DNA from: Chiloscyllium plagiosum
Taxonomy: Eukaryota
Assembly: GCF_004010195.1 (NCBI RefSeq)
Contig: NC_057749.1
Location: forward strand, 13,700,543 to 13,764,542
Direction: 5' to 3'
DNA length: 64,000 bases
In this document: positions 26,871 to 42,400 of the stretch, piece after piece
How the letters are laid out: each line of letters begins with the position of its first letter
Position numbering within the stretch: position 1 is the stretch's first letter
Program-made: the position numbers and the translations under genes
Notes under the pieces: generated by a model
Databases searched by the model: none
Told to the model about the DNA's origin: nothing
What the model saw: only the letters and a program-made list of their open reading frames with translations

Positions 26871-27534
26871 CCAACACCCTCCACCTACATGCATAAACAG
26901 TCAATGATTTCCTCTTCACTCCTGAAATACTTTGATTGCACTAAAATTCCATTAGCATCTGCTCTCCTACACAGTTTGCTATTAATGACTCCTGACATAA
27001 ACTTAGACAGAGTAAGTTGGCAGGACTTTTTGGGTGCCATCATATCTAATCTTGATCTCATCCCAGTTGCCAGAAAGGCACCTGTTTCAGTAGGGGTTGC
27101 TGGATGGTGATCAAAAGTAACAATTCTAGCCAAACATTTCCTTCTTAGCCCAAGAACACCAGAAGTAAGTTGCTGTGATTTCAACGGTCACCCTCTCTTG
27201 AGATAAATACAGATAATGAATGAAAACCGATAGCTCAGTTACATGCCTGTCAGAAAACATCAAGTATACTTTTGAACGACAAACTAAAGCATCTGGTGAA
27301 AGAATAGCTTTTGTACGTCCTGTTAATAAGTGATGAATATTTTAAGTCTCCCTTACTCCATAAATCAGCAGTTATAATAAATTTTTACACAGATGAGGTT
27401 TGCGTTACAGAATGTATCTTTATATTCATTCTTGTGATGTATGCTGTAGGTATACCCCATTCTTTGGCCTGCAGTATTTTAAAACAGGATTCAGAATGCT
27501 AGAAAATTATATTACAAAAGTCATGTAATTTTCT

Positions 27535-27740
27535 AGGAGAAGGGGAGAACTGCAGATGCTGGAGATCAGAGTCGAGAGTGTGGTACTGGAAAAGCACAGC
27601 AGGTCAGGCAGTATCAGAGGAGCAGGAGAATCAACGTTTTGGGCATAAGCCCTTCATCATGCTTATGCCCAATACTTTGATTCTCCTGCTCCTCGGATGC
27701 TACCTGACCTGCTGTGCTTTACCAGCACCACACTCTCAAC
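27535..27740. mobile_element. Short palindromic Penelope-derived element with TSD
   Basis: Inverted arms gagagtgtgg...gggcataagc / gcttatgccc...ccacactctc; centre carries a partial hammerhead (minus: tgatgaagggcttatgcccaaaacgt); 14-bp TSD tcatgtaatt(t/c)tct. Confidence 0.85.
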
Positions 27741-27916
27741 TCATGTAATTCTCTGACAAGCAACAAAAGTTAGAGCAACGCTGGAGCAAAAAGCTAACAG
27801 CAACAGAAGGAATGGAAAAGTAAAAGTCTGAATTGAAACAATTTTTCACAGGTGTATGTTGTTCAAAACAGCTTTATTGCCATTGAAGTACTTTAAGTGT
27901 GATCACTGCTGTAATA

Positions 27917-28262
27917 CAGCAAACCTTTTATTAACCTGCACTTATGGGATCAGGAGTGAACCAGTTAATCAAATATTCTGGATGGTCAAGAGATTTGCTT
28001 AACCACAGAAAACACTGACCAAGCAAAGCTTCAAGACATCAAAATCCTTCAAAAAAAATCAATGCAATCTTCTGAAATCAATTTAAATCACACACAGTTA
28101 GTACTAGAAATGTAATGCAGGGGTGTACACAGCACTGTTATACTTTATTGACAGCATAAGTTTTTGGACATTACAGTAGATCTCAGTATCTGAGGAGTAT
28201 AATTTTTGCCGATTTATCAAGAATGTTGGTCGATAAGGCTCTGGTTAAAACAAAGTTTGCTG
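27917..28262. mobile_element. Tigger/pogo-like MITE
   Basis: TIRs cagcaaaccttttattaacc / cagcaaactttgttttaacc with TA on both sides. Confidence 0.75.
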
Positions 28263-28289
28263 TATGAGAAAATTCAGAAGCAAATATGT

Positions 28290-28560
28290 GCACAGTAAGG
28301 TTTCACTTCAACAAGAATTTTCTAATATATGTCTGCCTGGTACTAGTTGAGGGATGAACATTTATCACAGCAACACAGCAATCCTCTGCTCTTCCTCAAA
28401 TAGTACCATAAGATCTTTGACACAACCCCAACAGGATAGATGGGACTCCATTTTGACATTGTATCCAAAACTTGACAGCCTTCAACAGTGCTCTTTGTGC
28501 TCCCTCTGAAGTATCAGCCTGGATTACGTGCTCAAGTCATTGGAGTGAGAAACTGAATGA
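28290..28560 (-). mobile_element. Ancient Deu-type SINE fragment (AmnSINE/SacSINE-like)
   Basis: gttgagggatgaacatt...ctgctcttcctcaaatagtaccataagatcttt core recurring degenerately at ~6215-6450 and ~53855-54290. Confidence 0.55.
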
Positions 28561-29303
28561 AGGTACACTGTAGTAATCAATCTCAGGTCTTACCAGTGAA
28601 ATTGTGATTACAGTCTTCAAATCAGATCTGAAATATTAGCACCCATCTGGAACTGACATATGGAAAATATATATTTAACTTCCTCTATGATGGGCAAAAC
28701 TACTTCCCATGATAATATCAAGCCACGTTGAACAAGTTTGACCACTGGAACCAACTTACTCAGTGTAATAGCTGAAGCAGATAACATGGTATAAGTGGAT
28801 TCATAATCTGGCTTGGAAGCAAAAATGAATAGCAAATCAAATGAAGGAGATGGAGAGGTCAAGACATTCTATAACCTTAACACCCATTTAACAATCCCAA
28901 TACCTTTATGTTCAGAGTCGAATTTACCTGCCAATACTTGTTATCAAAAGTTTTACTATGTTAAATGTGCAAAATAAATGAAGGTTGTTCTTGCTATTGA
29001 TCACTCTCCAGTGAATCCTAATGGACAGTATGTTTACTTTTTTTCCTGGACCGTACTTACAAGAGGACAGGATCAGACTCAGCTGTGGTTTCATTTATGG
29101 TTTATTGGACTCCTGTCAGTCATTGTCTAGTGTTCTAAGGATGGGCATGTCATTAAATATCAGAGTATTCAGGAACAGCACTCCAATGATAGTTAAAGCT
29201 TTTGACAAACAAAGGAAGAAAATGTATGCTGTGATCAGTGGTAGTATTCTTGCCTCAGATCCACTCAAAATGTGGGCATAAACCAGACTGATTTTCTTTT
29301 ACG

Positions 29304-29670
29304 TTTATTCACTCGTGGATGTGGGCTTTGTTGGCTGGCCAGCATTTATTGCCAATCCCTGGCTGTCCTTGAGAAGGTGGTGTTGAGCTGCCTTCTTGAA
29401 CCGCTGCATGCCACATGCACTCCTGTCCATAAGGGAATTCCTGGATTTTCTGACAGTGAAAGAACAGTGATATACTTCCAAGTCAGGATGTTGAGTAGCT
29501 TAGAAAGGAACTTGCAGAGGTGGTGTTCCTGTGTACCTCGATTCTTATCTTTCTAGATGGAAGTGGTTATGGGTTTGGAAGGTGCTGTGTGAGGATCTTT
29601 GGGAAGTTTTGCAGTGCATCTTGTAGATAGTACACATTGCTGCTACTGAGTGTTGGTGATGGAGGAACAG
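29304..29670 (-). mobile_element. LINE (CR1/L2 group) 3' fragment; about 110 bp of it repeated at 29851-29972
   Basis: Reverse tail tttattcactcgtggatgtggg...ccttgagaaggtggtg; minus frame YYLQDALQNFPKILTQHLPNP. Confidence 0.8.
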
Positions 29671-32269
29671 GAACAGTGGAGCAATAGTAATCATTCCAAT
29701 TTGCTTCAGCTATTTTGTGATTCTGGATGGCAAATTCATTGCCAAATGCCAACATCCTTCAAGAGATTTGCAAAAGGTACTTTGGTATACTTAGTTTCAA
29801 AAACATTTCCATATTAATGCTGAAACAAAAAGATTAAATATCAGCACATAGGTCATGTGCTTGGAAGGAGCTGTCTAAGGATCTTTGGTGAATTTCTGCA
29901 GTGCATCTTGTAGATAGTACACACTGCTGCTACTGAGCATTGGTGGTGGAGGGAGTGGACACTTGTGGATGTTTCATTACAGTAGTGAGGTGGTGCTGTA
30001 TTGAAGCCATATGTGATCAGGAAGAAAAATGTAAAATAATCTAGGCAAGTATTCTCATGAAGGGCGTGAAGTCTTCCAATTGTTCTTGTTGATATTTATC
30101 CTATAGTCGCCACCAAGAAAGTCAGGTTATTTGGTAATTTATCACATTTACTTGTTGCTGTGATATGTAAAATGGCTGCTAAGTCTGCCTACGGCATAAT
30201 AACATCAGTGACTACTGTCAAAAGTAATGAACAAGTTGTGAAGAGATTTAAGACATACTTTATTATGGGTATGAAAGATATAAGTACAAGTTAGTTAATT
30301 TGGTTTTCATCATTAATGCTAATATGCTGTGGAGAATTCCTTCTCTCACATTTTTATAGATGAAATTCAGGACTGTTAACCAAACCACTAATTAATGACT
30401 ATATTAATCCTTCAATTGGTTTCCCATCAATGCAAGGCAAAAAGATTATTTGTTTTGGAATATTTCAATGCTGGATGTGTATTACACAGCAAATATGTTA
30501 TTAAATAGATCAGCAGAACAAGTATGACTTCCAGCTTCACAATGGTCATAAAGGAATTAGATAAATTAATATATGACTGACTACATTGAAGTGAATCATC
30601 ACTGTGAAAATGTCTCGCAAAAGTAAGAATAAAATTGTTAACGTCTCAATACAAGTGTAATGATTCAGCATTTCCAGAGATTAAAGCTCAACCGAATCAA
30701 ACTCTGATATGTGCAACAGTTGCTATGACCCATTGACTTTACAATTTTGCCTACACAGGTTTCTTGTGTACAAGTCTAACTAATTAATACATTCTTCCTT
30801 CCTCATTCACAACAGTACAAGGTATTTTATACTTTAAATGGTTAGATAACTCTTAAGAATGATAACAATAATTAATATATATTAATTACACTTGTTTTTC
30901 TTTAAATGAATAAGGTCTGCATACTGGCAAAATGTGAATATGTCATGCAACAGATGGAGGATTCTGTTTACTAATCCCTGGTCGTATAAATGGTCAAACT
31001 TGGCAATGTGTTTAGAGACAAATTACAAAGTAGCATTCTAGAAAATCCTTTTCAACAAAGACACTTTTTATTTCTTAAACATGGCATGAGTGATTTTGAA
31101 CATAAGTTTACCACTTTGGTCTTTCAAGTTTTGAACCTTACATTCACTTTTGAATATCTCAGACTCTTTCTGCTCCATGTTTCTGCAAGTCTATCCTGCA
31201 ACATCTCTATTTAAAGCATCTTCAAATAGATTCTACGTTAAAGATATTGGGGTCTCCTTTTGGAGACCCTTTGCAAACGTGACCATTGGTGCATCTTTAA
31301 GATTGTGCTGTTCCTGGCTCTGCCCTTTCCTAATATCAGGAGGTGGTCATGTACAGGCCATAAATAGTAAAAGTATGAGCTCAGAGGCTAAGGCTGGATG
31401 CAAAAAGGCAGAAATAACACTAAGTGCAAGTGGCAGAAAGCACCTTCAGTCAGAGGATCACTCATAAGAACTGCAGTGGTTCAAATTGTAGGTTCAGCAG
31501 TATGTCTTATGGCAACAGGGGATAGAAAATTCAATGCAACAATTCAAGTGTCACCGACATCTTGTGAACAAAATACATTAGAGTATTCTGCCAACATTCA
31601 TTGCTGAGGCTCACACAAAGCACCACTGCTTGCGTACTTGAGAAATAATACCGAAGAAAAGGCTCAAACACATTCAACAGGAAAATTTTAAAATAAAACA
31701 CACAGCAACAAAAAAGGAAGAAACATGGAAGAATTCCATTAGCAAAATACAACATTTGAGGGAACAAGGTTTTCTTCAGTTAATGAAGCCAAACAGACAT
31801 CTTATTCCTTGGTGGATTCTGTCCATAAAACTAACATAGAAATGCTGCATAAACAGAATAAAGCATGCCCCAGGTGGTTTCCAGTGTTAAATGGTAGATT
31901 AAAACCAGTACAACTAATTTCTTTATTTTAATCTTATTAGAATAACAACAGCTGTCAACTGTCACAATTTACTCACAAGCCCTAAATGACAAGCCCAAAG
32001 TACTTGTGAATTTAGATAAGGTTCATTGCTAAAGACCAAAACATCGTTTCTCAAAATTGTCTCTATAAATTAAACAGCATTATTATGGATTTTTATATTA
32101 ATGATAAAAAGAATAAAATGATTTCTTAAGATAATAATGCTTTGTGGCTTCTCTCAGTTAACACTTACATTGAGGTCCTCCAGCAAATTTTCATCCTTCC
32201 TTGGATTGAATTACACTTCAGGGAGGCGGTGATGCAGTCATCCAGAACCTCCAGGCTAACGTTGAATGA

Positions 32270-32625
32270 GAGGGGATGTCATTGAAATACTGACAATTCT
32301 GACAGGGCTGAGCAAACTAGATGGAGGAACAATGTTTCCCCTGACTGTGGGGCCCAGAACAACTGGTTGCGCTTTCAGGACATGCAATGGGCCATTATGG
32401 TCTAAGGATTAAATTCTTCATTCAGAGTTGTGAACCTCTGGAATTCTCTATCACATAAGACTGCAAAGGCAAGTACTAAATATATTTAACAAAGAAAACT
32501 AAATGTGTTAAGAGGTATGGGGAGAGATTGGGAGTATTGTGTTGAGATACAGGACATGGCCATGTTGAACAGTGGAGCTGACTATATGGGTTGAATGGCC
32601 CACTGACCTATTTTCTATGCTTCAA
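32270..32625 (+). mobile_element. CR1 LINE 3' fragment, degenerate
   Basis: ttcttcattcagagttgtgaacctctggaattctct...ggttgaatggcc tail. Confidence 0.65.
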
Positions 32626-32689
32626 TATAAGCTCTGGAAACAAAATAATGGTCATTGCAGGGTGGTGAGGAGCATTATTTAAGTCACTT

Positions 32690-34603
<1,914 letters not shown>

Positions 34604-35189
34604 AATGTTGAAGGGTTTAAGAGATATTATAAGATTCTATCAGACTTGAAAAAGAAGGCGGAGTAAGAATGATTGGATATAAGTCTTGTTTTCTTCTTGA
34701 CTGAATATAACATATCTTGAGATGAAATGAATTTTTTTAAACTGAATTTCAGATTTACCAAGGGTAAAGATATACAAGGATCACATACTTTTTTTTTCCC
34801 TTTACAGTCAGATTATACCACTTTAAAACAAGGAGACTGTGCAAATTCATGGTTGCAGTTTTAAACATGTTTACCAGAACAGAGTTATACACAGTGTATA
34901 ACGGAGTATATGACTGCAAAAAGAGATGCCACAGAGTTGACAGGTTCTGAACTAAAGGGGATAATTGCTTGAAAAGAATATTAAACAATATCATCTTGAA
35001 TGACTCTTGACCAAGTCATCATGGCTTGTATGGACCTAGTACATGAAACAAGTACCTAGCCTGAAAGAGAAATAATTGTGTGGAGGTATCATAAAGTCTA
35101 CTACCATTAACAGCTAGCTGTCTTCCACTTGTCTTTCTCTGTAAAACCCCCATTGAAGGGAGAATAAAATACCTTCAAAAGATAGTGAA

Positions 35190-35575
35190 ACTGACCCTGA
35201 TGAAATGCATCCCAGGGTACTAAAAGAGATGGCTGGAGTAATAGCAAATGCACTTGTGGTAATTTTCCAAAATTCCCTGGTTTCTGGGGCAATTCCAGCA
35301 GATTGGAAAATAGCAAATGCGATGTCACTGTTTTAAAAAGGAAGTAGACAAAAGATGGGGAATTATAGACAGGTTAGCTTAACCTCTGTAGTGGGGAAAA
35401 TACTTGAGTCTATTATCAAGGAAGAAGATGATTTAAAGGTGGGACCATGTGTAATGTGTGAAAGTTTGCAGATGACACAAAGATTAGTGGTAGAGCTAAG
35501 TGTGTAGAGGACTGTGAAACTTTGCAAAGGGACATAGATAGCTTAAGTGAGTGGGCAAAGGGCTAGCAGATGGAG
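35190..35575 (+). mobile_element. Internally deleted CR1 RT fragment
   Basis: NYRQVSLTSVVGKILESIIKE joined to KFADDTKI. Confidence 0.8.
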
Positions 35576-35579
35576 CCAT

Positions 35580-35888
35580 TTCCATGATCAGTTAAGAGTG
35601 AACAACAACGGTATAGGTCTGTAGTCACATGTACATTAGAACAGGCAAAACTGGCAGATAGTTAAATAATAGCCATTAAGAACAGCAGTGTTATAGTAAT
35701 AAGAAGTTATAGTTCAACAAGAGTTATGGCCACCATGACTGAGGCTAGCTTTTAATTCCAGATTTTATTAACTGAATTTAAATTCCATCAGCTGCTATAG
35801 TGGGATTTGGACCCATGCTTCCAATGCATTAACCTGGGCTGCTGGATTACTAATCCAGCAATATTACCAATGTGTTACCACCTTCCCA
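35580..35888 (-). mobile_element. tRNA-headed SINE
   Basis: Minus strand head tggtaatattgctggattagtaatccag...gggtccaaatccc (A/B-box-like) followed by a LINE-like tail. Confidence 0.55.
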
Positions 35889-35948
35889 AGTTTATCAAGT
35901 TTGGGAAAAAATGGCTCTCGCAATAGTAAATCACTGCACTTCTATATA

Positions 35949-36117
35949 CAGGTCATTCTGCTATATTGGGGGACATTATTTTTATAGCATGATCTTTAAA
36001 GTGTATACTGGTTGTAACCCGTGTCTGGCCCCATCAGTTTAAATACTAATATGTGATTTTTTTTATAACGTGGGGTTGCACGAGAATGAAACTACCGCGT
36101 TAAAGCAGAACCGACTA
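35949..36117. mobile_element. Small Tigger-like MITE
   Basis: Degenerate TIRs caggtcattctgctata / tagtcggttctgcttta, TA-flanked. Confidence 0.6.
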
Positions 36118-36643
36118 TACAACTCATTGAGCATGGAATGCTTGTTCATTTCCTGAAAAAAATGAAACAAAGTGTCTTTTTGTTATTTGGTTTTGTTACA
36201 AATGCAGAGTCGCAAGGCCAGTCTGTTGACTGATCATTAATGCTTTGAGGATTTTCACTGCCTGATGGGCACTCTGTAATTACAAAGCTGAAACACAAAT
36301 CTGTTAAATTAGAAGCTTCTATCTAACTGAGAAAACCTTAAGCCAGTCCATGCCTAACAACCTACTCTGAAAACTCTACTCACATTTGACAGCAGTGACA
36401 AATTCCACCAAAACAGCTGAGACAATCCATAACAGTCTTAAACAATGAATATTCCAAATAAACATGGCAGAAAAGTGCAGATTACAGAGTGACATGTTTC
36501 AAATAATGAAAGTATTGTTTAGGTTTACAGAGACAAACTTTCCAGTAGTTATTGAGCACCAACTTTAGAGTCAAAAGTATGACTGTCTGATCCGTATGGC
36601 TTTATGCAGCACTCTGCAATGCCTATGTGCAACAGACCAACAA

Positions 36644-36965
36644 GGGAACGGCACGGTGGCTAGCACTGCTGCCTCACAGCGCCTGAGACCCGGGTTCAAT
36701 TCCCGCCTCAGGCGATTGACTGTGTGGAGTTTGCACGTTCTCCCAGTGTCTGTGTGGGTTTCCTCCGGGTGCTCCGGTTTCCTCCCACAGTCCAAAGATG
36801 TGCAGGTCAGGTGAATTGGCCATGCTAAATTGCCCGTAGAGTTAGGTAAGGGGTAAATGTAGGGGTATGGGTGGGTTGCGCTTCGGCGGGTCGGTGTGGA
36901 CTTGTTGGGCCGAAGGGCCTGTTTCCACACTGTAAGTAATCTAATCTAATCTAATCTAAAAAAAA
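36644..36965 (+). mobile_element. HE1-type V-SINE, near full length
   Basis: tRNA head ggcacggtggc...gggttcaattccc; V-domain tgtgtggagtttgcacgttctcc...ggtttcctcccacagtccaaagatgtgc; CR1-like tail ending in (taatc)n and an A-run. Confidence 0.92.
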
Positions 36966-38269
36966 GTCATGTAGGAGCTTTTCAACCTGCAACAGAGTAG
37001 CTAATTAAGGTAAAAATCACAGACAACATGGCAATTTAATAATACTATGACAGCTTCCTCAAACTTCAAAGATAGAGCATTTATAATGATCAGATCTCAT
37101 GAGTATCGTGCTTTTGGTAATAAATGCTAAATGCTTAAACATGACAAACGACATGTACAAGACTACATGTGATTGGAAACGACACAAGGAAACTCTCACC
37201 ATTCCTTGCATACTTGAAGTTAAACACACAACTGCTTACTACTGTTCTATTTGAAGCAAGTAAATGTTGAGAGTCTTAAGTGTGTTATTTTTTAGTATTT
37301 TTTAAAATTACTCCGCATTTAGGTTGACTGAATTTCCGATTAACTGAAAGATTTGTACAAGCATAGCCATATACATCACATTCCCTGAGTTACTTTGAAA
37401 TGTAATCAAATCATTTTTAACTGAATTGGAAGTTTTTAGGTATAGCAATATCATGGCAAATATTGAAGTGCACAGACAAAATATACATTAATAAAATCAA
37501 ATTCATACTGCTTATATGGTAGAACATCTTGCTCCCTCTTTTCCTCTGCCATTGATACAAGTAAGCTTTCTACAAGTCAAAGCCTATTAATGAAATAAAG
37601 ATTTTGCATAAATATAATGGATCAAATAAGGGTCAAATCTGAATACAATTGCTGTGATCTTTAAATTGCCAAGTTTTAAAGGGTTGCTCCACAGCTGCCA
37701 CCATTACTTAAAGGTTTCTACATCCCCAGTGTGTTCCCAGCTGGCTTTAAACTGGTGAAATACTAGTTCTGCCCAGAGGGATCAATCCTGCCATTACTGA
37801 TCATCATGTTTTCTGTCTCTCACCAAATGTACTAAAGATCATTGGAAAAATAATGAGCAAACTCTGTTCAAGTGCTGTTATGGTTTCATTGTCATAGAAA
37901 GTGAATAGGTTAGTATTTACCCATGTCCATATATTGACCTTCATTAATTACGGGAATTTATATGTACTTTGGATAAAGGGGAAAGCAGTGTATAGCTCAG
38001 AGGTCTATTGAACAGGTGCCACCATGTCTTGGTTGCAGGCTGGAATCAAACAAATCCCGTATTTTGATTCTATCATGAAGCTAGACCCAATAACAGCAAG
38101 ACTTGGAAGCAATACTTCATTGACAGCCTAGTAAACGCAGACATCTCAGAGGGCAACATCTATAACCTCGCAATTTTTAATTCCCAAGATGATATAGTAT
38201 TAGGAAAGCTAAGAAATGAATTGCACAGTCAAATTCAGCAATGTTTATGAAATTGTGATCTTCAAAGAG

Positions 38270-38805
38270 CTGTACAGCATGGAAACAGGCCCTTTAGTCC
38301 AACCTATTCGTGCTGACCAAATATCCTAAATTAATCTTGTTCCATTTGCCAGCACTTGGCCGATATCCCTCTAAACCCTTCCTATTCATATACCCATTCA
38401 GATGCTTTTTAAATGTTATAGTTGTACTAGCCTCCACCACTTTATCTGGGAGCTCGTTTGATACATGTACAACCTTCTGCATGAAAAAAATTGCTCCTTC
38501 GGTCCCTTATAAATCATCCCCTCTCACCCCAAAGCTATGCCCTCTAGTTTTGGACTCCCTCATCTTGGGAAAAACACCTTGGCTATTCTTTCTATCCACA
38601 TCCCTCATGATTTTATAAATCTCTATAGACATCACCCCTTAGCCTCTGATGGTCCAGGGAAAATAGCCCCAGCTTATTCAGCCTCTCTATAGCCATCACC
38701 CCTCCCACCCCCCAAAGAAAACCTGGCAATATCCTTGTAAATCTTTTCTGAACGCTTTCAAGTTTCACAACATCCCTCCTATAACAAGGAGGCCAGAATT
38801 TCACT
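38270..38805 (-). mobile_element. CR1 LINE 3' fragment
   Basis: Minus frames KLESVQKRFTRILPG and ELPDKVVEAST. Confidence 0.9.
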
Positions 38806-39124
38806 TTTCTGTTTTGGGATATCCACTGCTAATATTAATGCACTCACCCCAAGGATCCTGTGCATTTGTGAAGATACTGACATTTCCAGAAATGGTATCG
38901 AATAATGAATTCATGAGCCTCTGTGCTCACATTGCTTTCCATGTCCAATCTAGCAATCTACAGTACTCACTTTAGGATCTTTTAGAATCACATGAATCTC
39001 AGATTAAAAGTCTGCATTTTGAAACATACACTAAAGCAGAAATATATTAAAATACAACTATTTAAATTGTAGTTTTCTTGTTTCAAGAAATAAGCAATAT
39101 AAGTCAATGGTCCAGTGCAAATCA

Positions 39125-39445
39125 GACTATGCGGGATAGATGCAGGGAGGATGTTTCTCCCGATTGGGAAGTCTAGAGGTAGGCCATTTAGGACTGAGAT
39201 GAGGATGTGTTTCTTCACTCAGAAGGTAATCAAGCTGTGGAATTTGCAACCACAGATGGCTGTGGAGGCTCAGTCACTGAGTATATTCAACAAAGAAATT
39301 AATAACATTTTAGGTATTAAAGGCAACAAAGGGTAAGGAGAGAAAGTGGGAATATGGCTTTGAGATAGAGGATAAGTCATGATAATATTAAATGGTGCAG
39401 CAGGCTCAAAGGGCTGAATGGCCTACTCTTGCTCCTAGTTTCTGT
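39125..39445 (+). mobile_element. CR1 LINE 3' fragment
   Basis: FRTEMRMCFFTQKVIKLWNL and a gggctgaatggcctactcttgctcct tail. Confidence 0.85.
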
Positions 39446-42400
39446 GAAGAAAATGTTGACAATCACTGACAAACGGTTTCAGTTGTTAAATCCTTTTTTA
39501 AATGGAGTAGTAATTAAGGACCTCTCCTTAATATTATACTAAATTATGAAACTTCGGCATTATGAGTGTTTCACAAAAGTTTTCATGAAAACATTTATTT
39601 ACAAGTCACAAACAGACGTGGTGAACTTTGTATCATTTAAAGCATTTCTTCTGTTCATACACTCTTCCCCGATGAGATAGTCAGCTATTTAGGCTCTGCA
39701 TTCATGGGGGCCAAATCTATCACAACCTTCACCAAGTATGCTTCTGACTGCCTGCAGAAACACTTTTACATTATTTTTCAGACTCCCCAGAATGTCTCTA
39801 CTGATTAGATAAATAACAAACTGAATCGAGCTTGAGTCTGATTGACATTCGGTGGGAAAAGACACAAGCTCTCCCTGAATAACAATAGAATTGATATTAA
39901 TACTTTGAGAAGCATGTTATTTACTCTGCCTAATCAGAGATACTTGACACATTTTGAAAACAAATTAAAGTATTGCACTTATATAGTTCATCATGTCATC
40001 AGGATGACCCAAGCATTTTACAGTCAATGTAATATTTTATTTCAAAATAATTGTAATGAGCATAGTCAAAATTATTGTGTGTCCAGGGAACAATAATAAA
40101 AACAAGGATAAACAGATAACCTAAGCACTTATCAACATCAAATATATCCTATGATGTGCATGATACAAATTCCTTAAAAACCACTGCAAGGTAGTTTGAT
40201 AAAGCAAAAGACTATTTTCATGCTAGAAGACATAAAAAACTTGCCATTGAGGTTGAATGTCAAAGACAGCAGGATTCTTAGGCGCAGTGTGTGAAAGTTA
40301 TCTAAGTCCCCTATTTATGTCACCTTGTGACTAACTCTAGATATGGGAGATGAGTTGGCGACTGGTGCTTTTTACAGTGATTTCTGAAGACAACACATCA
40401 ATAACTGAAAAAGTCATTAGCCTACTCTCTCGATGAAAGGAACGTTTGGTTGCAGAGTTCTAAATTAGCAGTTAATGGCTGCACAAAAGTACACTAAAAA
40501 CTTGTTAATTACTGAACCCACTTTATCAAAGCATGTTACATAATTAAAACCCTGTAATCATTTTTACTGTTTGGTACATAGTTTCTTATGTATTAAATAA
40601 TGTAACTGCATGTTACACAATTAACTGAAATGTTACATGATTATAAAAGATCCATTGCCATGTCTTGCTTTCTTGCTGACTTTGGACTGCCATTAATGTA
40701 ATAGAAATGTATGCTGTTTTGTAATAAGGATTTATCCTTTTAAGACCACAGGCTCAGGATTAATCTTCTGAGCTGCTCCATGCTTCTGGGATTTCAGGCG
40801 TGAGATGTGGATAATAAACCATGTAAACTCCTTGTCCTATTTGTATGGCTTAACCTCATAAGAGGCTGTAAACTGAGCCCCAAAGTGACAGAAATGAGCC
40901 CTATTTTCTACAAATGCTTATCAAACATGACTAATAATTTCATCCACCTATAAAAGAGACAACTATCTGTTGATTGGTCTTCACTTAACAACTGCTGCAC
41001 CACATCACACCCCCAAAAAGAAAATTTCTGAATTCTTAGCGTGTGCCAAGACCGTACTGCAGGGTCACATTGCTGTCAACAGTAAAAAGATCACAAGCTG
41101 GAAGATATAATCTACATCAAGGTCTCGAATATGCTTAATTGGCAGGAGTACTCAATGTTTTGCATGTAGTTCAACAATTTGCATATGATCTACATAAAAA
41201 TCAACACCCACCAGATTCCTTCAAAAAGGATTTCTGTTGTGATGAATTCACAGTACTTTCAAGTGCTTTGTTCAGTATGTTTATATTTTTTAATTCTTCA
41301 GATTTAAGTGAATCATGCTGAAAGATATCAAGGGTCCTGGGAGATAGGAATTATGAGGAGTGTCAAGGATTTGAATGGGTTTGGAATAAAACCCTTTGAT
41401 TATCTTCCGCTAAAAGCACTTGCTGAATGAAAAAAGTTGTAACTTGTGTAATCAATTTATTTTGTCCATCAAAAACATCTTAGTAACCCTGAAGGGTAGG
41501 AATTAGAATGTATTTTCCAAGCTTAAAGTGTGCATGATGCTAACTAATTTAGTGGGATTACCTGCGCCCAAACTGCAACTAAATGCTAAATTCTATAGAC
41601 CCCCTTTTGCAAAGGTGCCTCAGGCAACTGCCTAGAATAGACATTAGGCCTGATTTTGATTCTCGAAGCACGATGAACTTTATAACTTTAACGAAATTCT
41701 GCCTTCTAAACAATTTATGAAAACCAAAGAACTCAGAAGGTGAACTGAGATGTCAGAATGTCCTCTGACATTCCACAAGATTGAAGGCAGCTGTTCTGCA
41801 AGGTCTTCGGACACTGTGGGAACATTGGAAAGCTTCTTTAGCATCAAAAACAGAGAGGGAAGGATGGAAATTTACAGAAAAATCTAGTTTGCCAGCAGCC
41901 AGAAGGTCTGTTTAAGATGAGAAAAGTTTGGAGGGGCAAGAGTCTCCAATTACTCATGAAAGATAATTACAGATGTACTGTACTCCAAGACACGGTTAAT
42001 CCTGTGTTTTGGGTGTCATCAGGCATTGTTTGTAAAGTGGCATTATTGTTACAGTAACTTTTACTGAATCATTAGTACAAAAGAAAAACAGAGTTGATGG
42101 CAAAGGGAGTAAAATCCTGAACGACAAAATTTGTTTGTGACAAGTACGACAATGCAAGCCCTTCCATATACATCATTCCTTTACCCACTACTGAGTTTCA
42201 AATACCTGCATATGGAACCAGGATGACAAGTGTGTTGTCCCAACTCCTCACTCATTACAATCCCCTCCGCTGTAGTCTCACAGCTCAACTCACAAACTTG
42301 TCTCATGACTGTTACTAGAGGTAGGATATATGACTCAAAGTTTGTTACCCACACTGCATGCTTCCTGAAAATGGGCCCAGATAAAGTGATATTCAGATTT

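Noticed and set aside
36644..36720. tRNA gene
   Set aside because: It is the tRNA-derived head of a V-SINE, not a complete cloverleaf.
40530..40645. Recurrent atgttaca motifs
   Set aside because: Short, irregular and in AT-rich low-complexity context.
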